This document shows, one piece after another, positions 1 through 11,170 of a stretch of 64,000 bases of DNA. The DNA lies in assembly GCF_001447785.1 (NCBI RefSeq), contig NW_015176456.1, positions 1,819,763-1,883,762 on the forward strand. The letters run 5' to 3'. Under the pieces are notes generated by a model, which was given only the letters and a program-made list of their open reading frames with translations, did no database searches and had not been told where the DNA came from. Every line of letters starts with the position of its first letter. The first letter of the stretch is position 1. This DNA is from Gekko japonicus (taxonomy: Eukaryota). A program made the translations under genes and the position numbers.

Positions 1-99
1 TCCTTATTAAACAAGCTGAAACACCAAATTTGGCCACTTTAAGGGTGGATTTCCTTAGAGTGATCTGAAAGGAGAACGGACACGGTGAAGACAAGGATT

Positions 100-660
100 T
101 TGGTTTATTGTTAGCTTTTCTACCTTGCAATATGCAGTGAGGACTCAAAGGGCTCTTCTAAGGCCTACTTCAGAGAGGGATAACATGACCATGTCATCTG
201 CAGTCTATTTGCTACTTTAGGCAGGTGAAAGTCTGGATTAGACAGGGCTTGTACTATTGAACTGATACAGAAATTAAATAACAGAGGAGCCATGGTACAT
301 CCCTGTTTCACACCCTTCCTAAAAGGGAATCTATGAGTCAGATGGCCCTGTAGGTTACATCTTCCCATCAAGAAATTATTTTTGTGCAATGTGAAAATAA
401 CCATAAGTAACCTATGGGCCACTGAGGATACCTCTAATTTTGCCCATAGTGTATCCTGAGAAATACTTTCAGTCAGATGCCATTTTATAGTCTACCAAGG
501 CTGTATAAAGTGCCCCATGAGACCTAGCAGTATATTTCTCTGCCAAATGGTGTAACATCAAACATTGATCTATAATGGAGTGGCCAGTCCTAAGGTCTGC
601 TTGTTCCTCAGATAGAATGTTCTCCTGGTCGAGCCAGTCCCAGAACCACTAGCATAAATG
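100..660 (-). mobile_element. Degenerate non-LTR retrotransposon RT fragment (RTE-X-like LINE)
   Basis: ORF 165..422 (-) contains KGVKQGCTMAPLLFNF (the RT 'G-V-x-Q-G' motif) followed by FHLPKVA, resembling the 46 kb copy. Frameshifted; boundaries approximate. Confidence 0.75.
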
Positions 661-1498
661 CCCTTCTGGGACCATGGAGCCATTGGTGGTTGGTTTGGGT
701 GCATCCCCCTATCGCTGGGTGCCTTGGGGCATTTGCCAGTCTAATTAAGCAATGAATGGTATACATTAAAGGCTGCTTTGTTGTTAATTGGAAACAGCAT
801 TTAAATTTAAGCTCCTTTAGCATTTTTGAAAGTTCCTATGGTAGGTAAATATGCATAGTCACATGTGCATAGTTTGACTGCAAAGAAAAAATATTAATTG
901 AAGGAACTGTTTGTGCAAATAATGAAAATAATTATAGATATTCTCAAGGAAAATCAGAACACAAACAGAACAGAAAATTGGGCATCATCACCAACCAATA
1001 AAAGACTTATGAAACAGAAATGGAGAACTATCTATGCTAAGTTGCCTAGTTTTAGTTTTAGTTTTTACTGCAATGTATTGGAATGTCAGGAATTAGATTT
1101 TGAAATATTTACTTATAGACTGCATCATTCTGGAGATACTGGACAAGTAACATTGTGGGGAGAGGGCAAAAGAAACAAGAATATTTCTCTGTGAAATTTA
1201 TTTTTAGTGTCATTCACCAAAGGCCAGCTCAAACAGGCCTTACAATGCTTCAAAAAGCGTTTTGGCTTAGAACCATGATAGCTTTGATTTTTGTACTGTA
1301 GATTCTTTTTAGTCCATACTATCACGTATTGACATTAATTATGGGGAAAGGGGTAAGGCATTCTTATGGATAATTTATTTCATTTTAGGTTATATTATCA
1401 TTTGGTGAAAGTCCTATTTATTAGCCTTCATAGCTTTACAGATTCCTTGAGTTGTATCAGTCCCACAGGACTTTAAAAGAAAGCTGTTAGTACCATGA

Positions 1499-1560
1499 AT
1501 TTATTTATTTATTTATTTTATTTATACCCCACCTTCCCTGCCGAAGCAGGCTCAGGGCAA
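1499..1560 (-). mobile_element. L2-type LINE/SINE 3' end
   Basis: (TTTA)n tail followed by TATACCCCACCTTCCC...GGCTCAGGGC, the reverse complement of the squamate L2-type 3' end. Confidence 0.55.
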
Positions 1561-4419
1561 CATAAAAACATTAAAAACAATGACAACAGTTAATATAAAA
1601 ACACATTCCAAAGGTGCTATAAATATGCGACGGCAAAGATTCTTGTAATTGGCCACAGTAAAATCAGCAATAGTTTGTATGACTGGTAGGTGGATTGTTT
1701 CACAATATAGGCATGGGTATTAAAGCAGACAGCCAAGGTGGATTATAGGGCCTAGCTAACCCAGTTGAAGTTAGCAGTTTAATATGGCGTCTTACTCAAA
1801 CGTCTGAATGTTTCCAACAGCTTGAAGATCCTTATAAGAATCCAAAATATTAGCAAGTTAATGTTATTAACACCTTTATTACAATTGGCAGCAGAAGTAG
1901 TTTTCATATAATCGAAGTCTGGGTTCTTTCTTTTTATCAGTATACTTAGTATATTTTTCCAAATCTGAGGAATATGTTATACTGTGCTATAAACAGATGC
2001 TGCTTTAACAATGCAATACATTATGTACCAAAAATGATCTCTGTTTTAATCATAGATGCTGATTTAATGAGACACACAACCAGCTTACATCAAAAATGGA
2101 TTTAGGGTGTGATTTAGTCTTTGTGTTTTCACTACATAATGGGAACATGGTACCTCATGCTCTAAATTGAATCATAGTGCAGTGTTTTCTTCTTATAGTT
2201 CTTCTTGGTAGAATATTCTGTTTGTTCTTTTGCTTAGAAGAGGTGGATTCATTTTTAAAAAATTATATATAGTTAATCCTCAAAGTATAGGAAGAGTTCC
2301 AAATAAATGTAAGTTTATTGATCACTGTAGGTCTATTACACTGCCCATTGCCCTCTCTCCATTGGGAAAGGAGATCTGTTTACATGCACATACAAGAGAG
2401 TTTATCTAGGACTAAGCCTTATTGCATGCTCGTGCAAAATGGAAGGTGTTAGCCCCTGAAATAAAAGGATCATTTAAAAATGTTGCCTATCCCTTTTACT
2501 TTGGCTCCTTCATCTCAATTTTGGATCTTTATTCCATATATTTTAAGAAAGCCCGTAGTATTCAAATATGCTAACATTGTCTATTCACATTTGGTGTATT
2601 TCAGTTGACATTTTTACCTTTAGCTGCAGTCAGATAATACTATACTTTGGGGGTAAGTGTCTTCATATTGTGTTTTTTAATTCCACTGATCCCAACAGAG
2701 TTAAATGTAGTTTGGAAGCACAGGGAAGAATTAATGATNNNNNNNNNNNNNNNNNNNNNNNNNNNNNNNNNNNNNNNNNNNNNNNNNNNNNNNNNNNNNN
2801 NNNNNNNNNNNNNNNNNNNNNNNNNNNNNNNNNNNNNNNNNNNNNNNNNNNNNNNNNNNNNNNNNNNNNNNNNNNNNNNNNNNNNNTATCCGTACACCAT
2901 CCCTTGATGCTTGCAGTGCAGGTTGTTCAGTTGATTATCAAAGGCAAGTTTATTTAAACTTTCTACAGGTTAAAGGGAGAATTGCTGTTCCTCCTCCTTT
3001 TTATTTTTGAAGACACCTTAGTGCAGGTGTGGTGTCTGGAGGTGGTATAGCTCAGCATGCCACTAGCTATTGATCCAGAGTACTCTGTAAACCTACCTGG
3101 GAATGCGCGGTTTAATCTCATTATTCAGAACATCTATGTAAGATTGTATCTTTCCTTAATAACTACAGTGGAAGTTACATAGATAAATCATTCCTTTTTA
3201 TAGGTTTTGCACATTGCCTACACTAATGTCAAGGAAATAACAATTCTGTTCCCTTGTGAGGTCTAGAACCAGTATGATTTTAGACCTCACAAGTGAACAA
3301 AACAAAATCATACCTTGGTAATAGTTTCCTTTGTAAAAATCTATCAGTGGATAAAGGAGGCCTATTCCCTTTGCAAGTCTATTTGGTGGTCAAGTTTCAG
3401 TGCACAGCTATTCGTGGAGTACAATTCGTGGATGCTGATACATTTGGAATGCATGTGTAACCTTTTCATCCTTAAAAAGGCTGGGTTCTAAGTTTGTTAG
3501 CAGTCATGGAATTGTTGTCTCATTCACAACTTTTGTTTAAAAGTGGGGAAAAGGGTATAGAACTTGCAGTTTTGGTCAAAATAATAAAATAATATAGTGA
3601 ATAATCCAGAGTTAGCATGAGAGAAGAGACAAACCTCCTTAGTTCCTGGGCTCTGTTCACAAGGCTGATGTATCAGGATGTATCAGGATGTAACTAGGAA
3701 GATGTGGATGCGCTGTTTGGATGAAAGCAGATGGAAAATGTTCTAGCAGAGTTGGAATTGGATGGGATGCTTGGAGCTCTGTGGAATAACTTTTTCTCAC
3801 AACGGGAAGAGTTCCATAAATTCTGAGAAACCCAAAGATGTCCACTCTTTCTCCAAACAGTTTCTTAACTGCTGTACAGGACATCACACATTATCTCAGA
3901 TATGTATCTTTTGTCTTAGGTGGATTACATTAAAATAAAAGGTATGATTTTCTCCCAGTTTTGATCAGCTGTGTCACTGGAATATTATTTGGATCTCCTC
4001 TGTCTTCCTTATATATAAGGTAGTATTCGCTGTATAGTTTCTTGTATTATGATTATGATCTGGTAGGGACATAATGATGACACCTACAGAATTGTTCTGT
4101 AGGAGTAATGTGGCTGCTATAGGTGGAGAAACAGAATAAAATAGTTGCCCTGACTATGGTTACAAGAACCAGGTCCCCAGGCTATGGTTGTAGTGCTTGC
4201 AGATCTTTGTCAATATTTACTCTCAAGGTAATGTGATGGGGAAGAGGGGAACTGTCACATGTTCCTTGGGGATCAGAGCTGATGTACGGAGGTGACTGAG
4301 AAGAAGATTCACCTTCCATGTATATATATTATTAAAGAAGTACATTCCCGTAGTTTATGCACTGTCTTTAGCCACCTGAATGCAGAGGTTGTTGAAGAAT
4401 AATGTGCTGCATACTAGCT

Positions 4420-4629
4420 TGCCCCCAACAGTACAAAACTGTGGAATTCCTTCCCCAGGGATATTGTTCTATCCCCCTCCATCATTGTCTTCTACCAGCA
4501 GGTAGACTTTTCTGTTTTTAATTTTTGGTTTTGATGCAAAGTTGATTTTTAATCTCTTAATTGTTCCCAGCCTTGAGAATCCCAATTTGGCAGAAAAGTG
4601 GTATATAAATATTCTGAATAAATAAATAA
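4420..4629 (+). mobile_element. L2 LINE 3' end
   Basis: ctgtggaattccttcccc...ccagccttgag...gaaaagtggtatataaat...(AATA)n tail. Confidence 0.6.
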
Positions 4630-4686
4630 GATTCTGCTGACATGCTTATTGTAGAAATAAGATTAACTATTTTTCTTCTTTTTCAG

Positions 4687-4774
4687 ACATTTGCCTCTGT
4701 AGTTCATCCTTAAGACTATGTTTCCGTATATATTCTCACTGGAATGTGTTCATAAGATTTGAACCTTTTAATGG
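4687..4774 (+). other. Candidate host exon (88 nt), possibly 5' UTR
   Basis: Pyrimidine tract ttttcttctttttcAG before 4687; donor GG|GTAATG at 4775; one frame open; lies in unique sequence. Confidence 0.3.
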
Positions 4775-4831
4775 GTAATGCTTGCTTTTGGATTGTTTGG
4801 TTATTTTGTAGCTTGTGCATGCTAACAGATA

Positions 4832-5432
4832 TCTTATATTCTAATAGCAAAGTCAGGATATCTTTGAATACTTAAATCTGGTGACTGGAAGGGCAAGACA
4901 GGTCTTTCTAGAAACATGAAAAGGGCCCCAGGTTTGCAGGAAAAAATGTGAACTCTAAACAAAATACATTCATTTTTTTTAAAAAAAACTAAAAAATGAT
5001 AAAAGGAGTGCCTGTAAGCTTTAAGCAATGGATTCTCTCAGTGGCTGTTGTTAGGCAACCACAGTGTCCCAGGCTTAAGTTTATATGAGTAAAAAGTTAG
5101 GGGGAGGGGGGCAAGGCCCTTTCCAGCCCTATTTTGGCCTTTGAGAGAGAACTCATTAAGGCCAGACCTGGCTAGGGTTGCCAGCTCCAGGTTGGAAAAT
5201 TCCTGGAGATTTTGGGGGTAGAGTCTGAGGAAGGCGGGGTTCTCTATAGTTGGAAGATCTGTTATGATTCCAGGAGATCTTCAGTACCCACCCAGAGATT
5301 GGCAACCCTAGAAGGAGAGAAGGAAGCAGGAAAATGGCAGAGACTATGGGAGCTTTCAGAAAAGGGAAGGAGGAAATAGTGGGAGACAGGGAAGTGAAAT
5401 GACTCCTGCAACTCCTTGCAGGTTCCCACTTG
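4832..5432 (+). mobile_element. Non-autonomous Helitron-like element, copy 1 of a head-to-tail pair
   Basis: Starts A|TCTTATATTCTAATAG; ends with hairpin CCTGCAA-ctcc-TTGCAGG then TTCCCACTTG; homologous to 5433-7313; no TSD. Confidence 0.65.
5173..5310. mobile_element. MITE with TAGGGTTGCCA TIRs (hAT-like), nested in Helitron copy 1
   Basis: TAGGGTTGCCA at 5173 and TGGCAACCCTA ending at 5310; related pieces near 5772, 6790, 15429 and 60600. Confidence 0.7.
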
Positions 5433-5993
5433 TCTTCTATTCCATTAGCGAAGTTGGCCTAATCTTTGGATACTTGAATCCCATTACTGGAGCTGTGAAT
5501 GGGCAAGACAGATTTTTTACAAACCTGAGAAGGGCTTCAGATTTACAGAAAAATCTGAAATAAAAATACATTTTTAGGTTTAACAAACACAAAAATTATA
5601 AAAGGAGCACCTGTAGCTTTAAGCAACAGATTCCGTCAGTGGCGGTTCTTAGGCAACAACAGTATTCCAAGCTGGGCTTTTATGAGTAAAAAAGCAGGGG
5701 GAGGGGGCAGCACCTTTTCCAGGGCTGTTTTAGCCTTTGAGTGGGGGGGGGGCTTATCAGGGCCAGTCCTTACTAGATTTGACAGTCCCAGGTTGGGAAA
5801 TTCCTAGAGATTTTGTGGTGGAGCCATAGAGTCTACCCTCCAAAACAGTTATTTTCTCCAGGGGGCCAAATATCTGTTGTGTACAGTTGTAAATATGAGA
5901 GGCTGGCAAACCTCTGTGTGACTTGATACCACCTGACTTACATGATGCACCTAGGCCTGGCTGCTTGTTACTGTTTAGCGGCAGCCAACCTAT

Positions 5994-6345
5994 GGCCCCG
6001 GTCACACGGGCCGGATATCGTGGGGGGAGGCGTGGCTAACTGCCCCGGCACAGATTGATCCGCGATTACACGATCAGACGCACTGGCGGCACACCACGGG
6101 TCCTTCCCTCAGCGCCGGCAGGTAAACGAGGAACCGAGTAGAATGCCGCGTGCCGGCGCGATCACACCACGGGAGTATGGAGGCGGCCCGTGGCAAACGT
6201 TTACTAGTACTTTGGAGGTTCTGGTTTTTTAACGCACATTTTCGGCGGTAAGCCACGGGTGCGCTCCACTTCCCAGATGTTGGGGTGTGATCACGCCCGG
6301 ATAATCCGCCCACCATCAGTGCCTCTCCCGTGGCAACTTTGCCCT
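5994..6345 (+). mobile_element. CpG-rich PIF/Harbinger-like non-autonomous fragment
   Basis: Begins GGCCCCGGTCACAC (Harbinger-type end); repeated GATCACAC/GTGTGATC motifs; no right TIR seen. Confidence 0.45.
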
Positions 6346-6352
6346 ATGAAAA

Positions 6353-6480
6353 CCAGTGTAGTGTAGCAGTTAGAGCTTCATAGTAGGATCTGGGAGACCC
6401 ATGTTTGAATCCTCATCTTGCTATGGAAGCTCACTGGGTGATTATGACCAGTCACATACTTTCACCCTAACCTACTTCTC
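6353..6480 (+). mobile_element. Old tRNA-derived SINE (Squam3-related)
   Basis: Degenerate A and B boxes (gtgtagcagttagagc...gtttgaatcc) and body ctgggtga...cagtcac...cctaacctac. Confidence 0.6.
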
Positions 6481-7706
6481 GCTAGTGGGGAGATCCTGGG
6501 CACATTCCTGAATCCTCTGTTGTGCATGCAAAGCACATGTTGTTGGGGGGGGGGTGATGTTCTAGTTTTTGGGCAAAACTCTATGGATTGTAGGCGGTTT
6601 TATCAAACAGTTTGGCCCCAAAACTAGAGGATTGCTGTGCGATGCGATGACGTTACTTCCAGGTGATGTCAGTACATCACTTTTTGGGCCAGTTGGGGGC
6701 AGGATTTTCCCCCACTGGCCCGCTGGCCAGCATTGGGGAAGTGCCCCACAAAATTGTGGGTTCCCCTGCCCCCAGCAGGGGTCTGGCAACCCTACTTCAC
6801 GGGGAATTTAAGTGGATAAAAAGGAGGAGAGGAGAATAATGTAAGCTGTTTTGGTTCCTGCTGTGGAGAATGGTGGAGTTTAATGAAGTAAATAAAAAAT
6901 CTAACTGAAGATAGGAGGCAGATAAAAGGTAGGTTGGTGAATGACTGAGGAGGGGTGAGGCAAGGAAAGGAGAGAGGATATGGGGGGGGCCAAGAGGAAG
7001 GAAAGAGGGAATAGTGAAGGGAGGAGGATACAGGGAAAAGAGGTGCCTCTCTACATATCCCACCATGGAAGTGGGCCTAGCTTAGTGGCTGGCACCACAG
7101 AACTATGCCATGGTTCTTCTAGGAATAGGCTGCTGGAGGGGGAAGGAAAGCTGAAGATGGGGCAGATAAATGTAGGCTGGCTGTTGGGTGAGAAGGAGAG
7201 AAAGAAACAGGAAAAGGGGAGGGGCTATGGGGATTTTCAGGAAAGGGAAAGAGAAAATAGTGGGGGATGGGGAAATGAGATGCCTCCCACAAGTCCTTGT
7301 GGGTTCCCACTTGTGTAGTATAATTCCCATGTGACTGAGTTGGAGCACTTTTTAAACCCTCGTGTAATACATACATGGTTTAAAGCAGGAGTCAAAGATT
7401 CTGTTAAGCCCTTGAAAACTGTAAATAAATCAGCAGAAAAAAGCACATTAGGCTCTGTAGGGGCTTTTTGTTGTGAAAGTGTTTTTTTAAGTGAAAGGAG
7501 GGGATAATACTAACTTGTAGATTTTGAATGTCAGCATGACCTGTTTTTGTTTAAGAGTGACACATTTGTCATGCTGATGAATTGGTTTTCTTTCAGGCCT
7601 TACTGTTGACAGAATCTCACCTACTTTCCCCATTTATTATGATAATAGCATAGTGGATGTCATATGCTAGTAAAATTCTTTCTGTCTGTTAACTGAGTCA
7701 CAAAGA

Positions 7707-7824
7707 TAGATTCATGTGGGTAACCTTGTTGGTCTGAAGTGATAGAACAAATTTGAATCCAGTGGCACCTTGAAGAACAGAATTAAACTTTGTTGGTCTT
7801 AAAGGTGCCACTGGACTCAAACCT
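7707..7824. mobile_element. Penelope-like element remnant (fold-back pLTR) with 13-bp TSD
   Basis: Inverted arms tttgaatccagtggcacctt / aaaggtgccactggactcaaa; TGAGTCACAAAGA at 7694-7706 and 7825-7837; homologous to 38308-38440. Confidence 0.65.
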
Positions 7825-7901
7825 TGAGTCACAAAGAATACACTTTATTGCTGATTGTATGTAGTATATTTTGTTGTATGCGGACCAGAATAAATTGTCT
7901 A

Positions 7902-8608
7902 TGGGTGCGGTCAGTCGGCGTGCTGGGAGCAGTTTAAATTGCTCTGGCCCCAATGCGTGTTTTTTTTAACCTGGAGAATCGTGATCACACTCACTTTCTT
8001 GTTCTGGATTGCTGCGCAGCCACATCGCTCCCCATCGTCCACAGGCGGGAGCGTGCATTGGTGGTGTTTTTCTCTCAGTTTGGGCATGCGCATAGGCAGC
8101 CATCTGTAGAACTAAAATTTTCGCACATGCGCAGAACAGCGATTTCCGTTTCAACCCGACGGCTGTAACACTTCCCTTTAAACTTTAAAGGAACACTTCC
8201 CTTTAAACGTTTACCCCGAAAATGGCCTCCGTCAGATCCCAAACTCGCCTAAATGCTAAAACTAGGCACCATTTAAACATTGTTTTTAATAATGCGGTGA
8301 CAGAGCTCTGCCTATGCACACACAGCCAACGCTTTAAAAAAATGGCGGACAAAAAGTGGAAGCCTCGGACAGCTTTCGAGCGGGGAGGGGGTTTAAACCA
8401 GAAGTGTCTCGACACCGGAGGAGCGATCACACAGGGGGAAAATGCGGCTGGAAACGGAGAATCAGGAAAACACCACTTGGGGACCTGGTAACAAAATACT
8501 CTGGTTTAAAGGGGATTTGAGCCGGAAGGCGACGGCTGGGGACGGGAGGCAGATGTTGACTGTGTGATCGCACGTATAAAATCCATTTCTGAACTGGCAC
8601 GACTCCAG
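7902..8608 (+). mobile_element. CpG-rich PIF/Harbinger-like non-autonomous element (right end lost)
   Basis: Starts GGGTGCGGTCAG; GATCACAC/GTGTGATC motifs shared with 5994-6345; sharp GC boundary. Confidence 0.4.
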
Positions 8609-8609
8609 A

Positions 8610-8672
8610 TTTATTTATTTATTTGTATTTATACCCCGCCCTCCCTGAAAGCGGGCTCAGGGTGGCTTACAA
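8610..8672 (-). mobile_element. L2-type 3' end
   Basis: (TTTA)n then TTTATACCCCGCCCTCCC...GGCTCAGGGTGGCTTAC. Confidence 0.6.
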
Positions 8673-9913
8673 GAGAATACAAGTGCCCACTCATAAAAAC
8701 AAGATAAAACAATAACCATTAATATCAACAAGAATAAGTGCTTAGTAGAAACAAGATGGTCTCCGTATAAATTACAAGATAATATTGGTCTTCCATTGGA
8801 GGTCGTATTATCCTGTAGTTGGTACATAGCTAGTCCAGTGGTACCAGCGCTATGCAATATTATGGCAGATCTTCATAGGGCCGTCCTCTTGGCCCCATTG
8901 TTACCCACGCCATTGGTGGTGGTGGTGGTAGTGGCGGCCCCTGTGTGAAAGCCTGGCGGGATCCAATGGCATGTTGAATACTCCATCTAAAAGCAAACTT
9001 GATGAGCCAGCAAAATGAATCCACCCATATTTCTGCATATCCAGGAGAGGCCCTGGTTATACAGAAAACGTTAGTGTGCAAAACTGAGAAGAAAATTCTA
9101 AAAAATGGCCCAATGAGTAGAGACACCATTGCTTTTAGGTGTGGAATGTTGTGTAGTGTTAAAATTGGCTGCCTAAAGTTCTAGCCGCTTACACTATCCT
9201 GAAGACTATAGTAAGCCTTGCACATTGAGGTATGTATCCTAACACCAGTTTTAAGGGCTCTGACCACTTTGAAACTAACAGAGTCCTTGTAGGAGATTAA
9301 TTAGGACGGGAGGAAAAGCACCTTATCCGCCAGTGAAGTATCCGGGGGAGGGAGCCACAAAGAATTTTTATGGTACCTTAGAATCGGGTGTGTGCATAAA
9401 ATTAAGATTAGAGGGAATTGCACTGCTCAGGTTGAGGATAAGAATGAGAAGCCTCTGTTTAGCACCTGAACATCAGTGGTCATGGCAACTTTGTTAATAG
9501 TGTTTCTCTACTGAGTTTCAGGATTCAGTGAGAATAAAATTGCTAATCTAATCCTGAAACTCAGTCATATTATGAAGGTTTGTGTGTGTGTATGTGTACG
9601 TTTGTGTATGGAGAGGGAAAGGGAATTTCTCAGTTCATTCCATCTTGTAGTTCCTCAAAGGTGTGGTGCATTTCATACCAAGCTGTATCAAAGAAACGGG
9701 ATCTTCTTGTGATAGACAATGCACAGGTACACTTGAGGACTCATACTTATTTCAGTAATAATGAATAGTAGAACATCTTCATATGCATGATTCTTGTAAG
9801 AAAAAGATGTATGGTGCATAGATTACATACAGTGCATTATTGATCTGGCAATAGATGATGGAATGTTTGCTTCTTTTTGCCTGACTTTTAAGCTTTGGGC
9901 AGCAGGTACATTA

Positions 9914-9955
9914 AGCATCTGAAGAAGTGAGCTCTGACTTGCAAAAGCTCATGCT
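9914..9955 (+). ncRNA. Degenerate minimal type-I hammerhead ribozyme in a Penelope-like remnant (remnant extends to about 10034)
   Basis: AGCAT-CTGAAGA-A-GTGAG ctctga CTTGC-AAAA-GCTC-ATGCT: stem I AGCAU/AUGCU, CUGANGA box, stem II, and the GAAA box mutated to AAAA. Confidence 0.6.
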
Positions 9956-11170
9956 GGAATACATATCAACCTTTAACTGCAACTGTATTTCTGTTTTATT
10001 TTGGTACAGTAGACTAATAGGGATACCCCTCTGCAGCAAAAAGAACCACAGTGGTGAAACACAGAAAACTGGAGGGCTGCAACTAATTTAAATTTTCTTC
10101 TATTACTTAGAGCTGGTTCTCATTCGTCAGATGAAAAAAAATTCTTGGTTATTAAGAGAAAACTAAGTTACTATATCGGTGGCCAAATATTTGGCAGTGG
10201 TTATAGTGCAGCATATTTAAAGAGCTGCCTCTGGTTTGTTTTACCTGATTGTGTGCTCCTTTTCATGGCAATGGGTGAAGGAACAGTAATCAGATTGGAT
10301 TGGATTACCTAGTAGCTGTAGTGTAAAAGAGTCTGAAAGCAAAGACATGCATCTTTTTATTGATCCAGTCACTTCACTTACAATTAATGTTATGCATGCC
10401 ATTTTCTTTATAATGATCTTTGTTTATGTCTACAGATAAATTATCTTAGAAACATGTTCTATGCTAGATCCTTGTCTCTATTGAGCACTGTGTTTGAGGG
10501 AACATTGAGTATTTTTAAGGGCAGTTTTGGAAACATTAAAATCTTTACAATAGCTGCAGTTTTTGAGGAAGTGTAGTCCTGAAGATAGATTTCTTATTGA
10601 CACATGTCTTGATGTCAGTTTGTTTCTGATACTGGTTATCAACTAATTTTAATTCTATAAATATCGCTTGTTTGATACAAATGTTACTGTTTTGCAGTGT
10701 CATGGTCATTGTCTTTTTATTTCACTAAAAGTATTTCTGTGTTCACCATTCATTTTGTTCATATCCAAAATATTTGTAAAAGTTTGGGGAAAGGAAGCAT
10801 TATGCTGTGCTTTTCATTCAGTGACGGAAAACTGGAGCAAGTTGTTTCTGATGCTCTGTTCTTCACAGCAGAAGGCTAAACCATGCTTGGATGACAGTTA
10901 TTGTGATAGATCTGATATCTTGCACTGCTAAGAGTCCCTTGTTTTTGGAGTTAAAATAGAGAAGTGCTATCCCTTCTTGGCAGCTCATTGTTGATCAAGG
11001 TTTTAGGGCCGATATGATTCTAGATATTTCCATATCATGTTTTAGCATGTTATTTTTAGACATATATTTGATTGCTTGGGCATGCTCCCAGAAAACCCTT
11101 TTTTCATTCCTTTAATGTAAAAACCACATTCGTTAGAATGTACAACTGATAAAAATTGGCCATCTCCTTC

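Larger units (their letters stand above)
5433..7313 (+). mobile_element. Non-autonomous Helitron-like element, copy 2 (with nested MITEs and a SINE)
   Basis: Starts TCTTCTATTCCATTAG immediately after copy 1; perfect hairpin CCCACAAG-tc-CTTGTGGG (7286-7303) then TTCCCACTTG|T. Confidence 0.65.
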
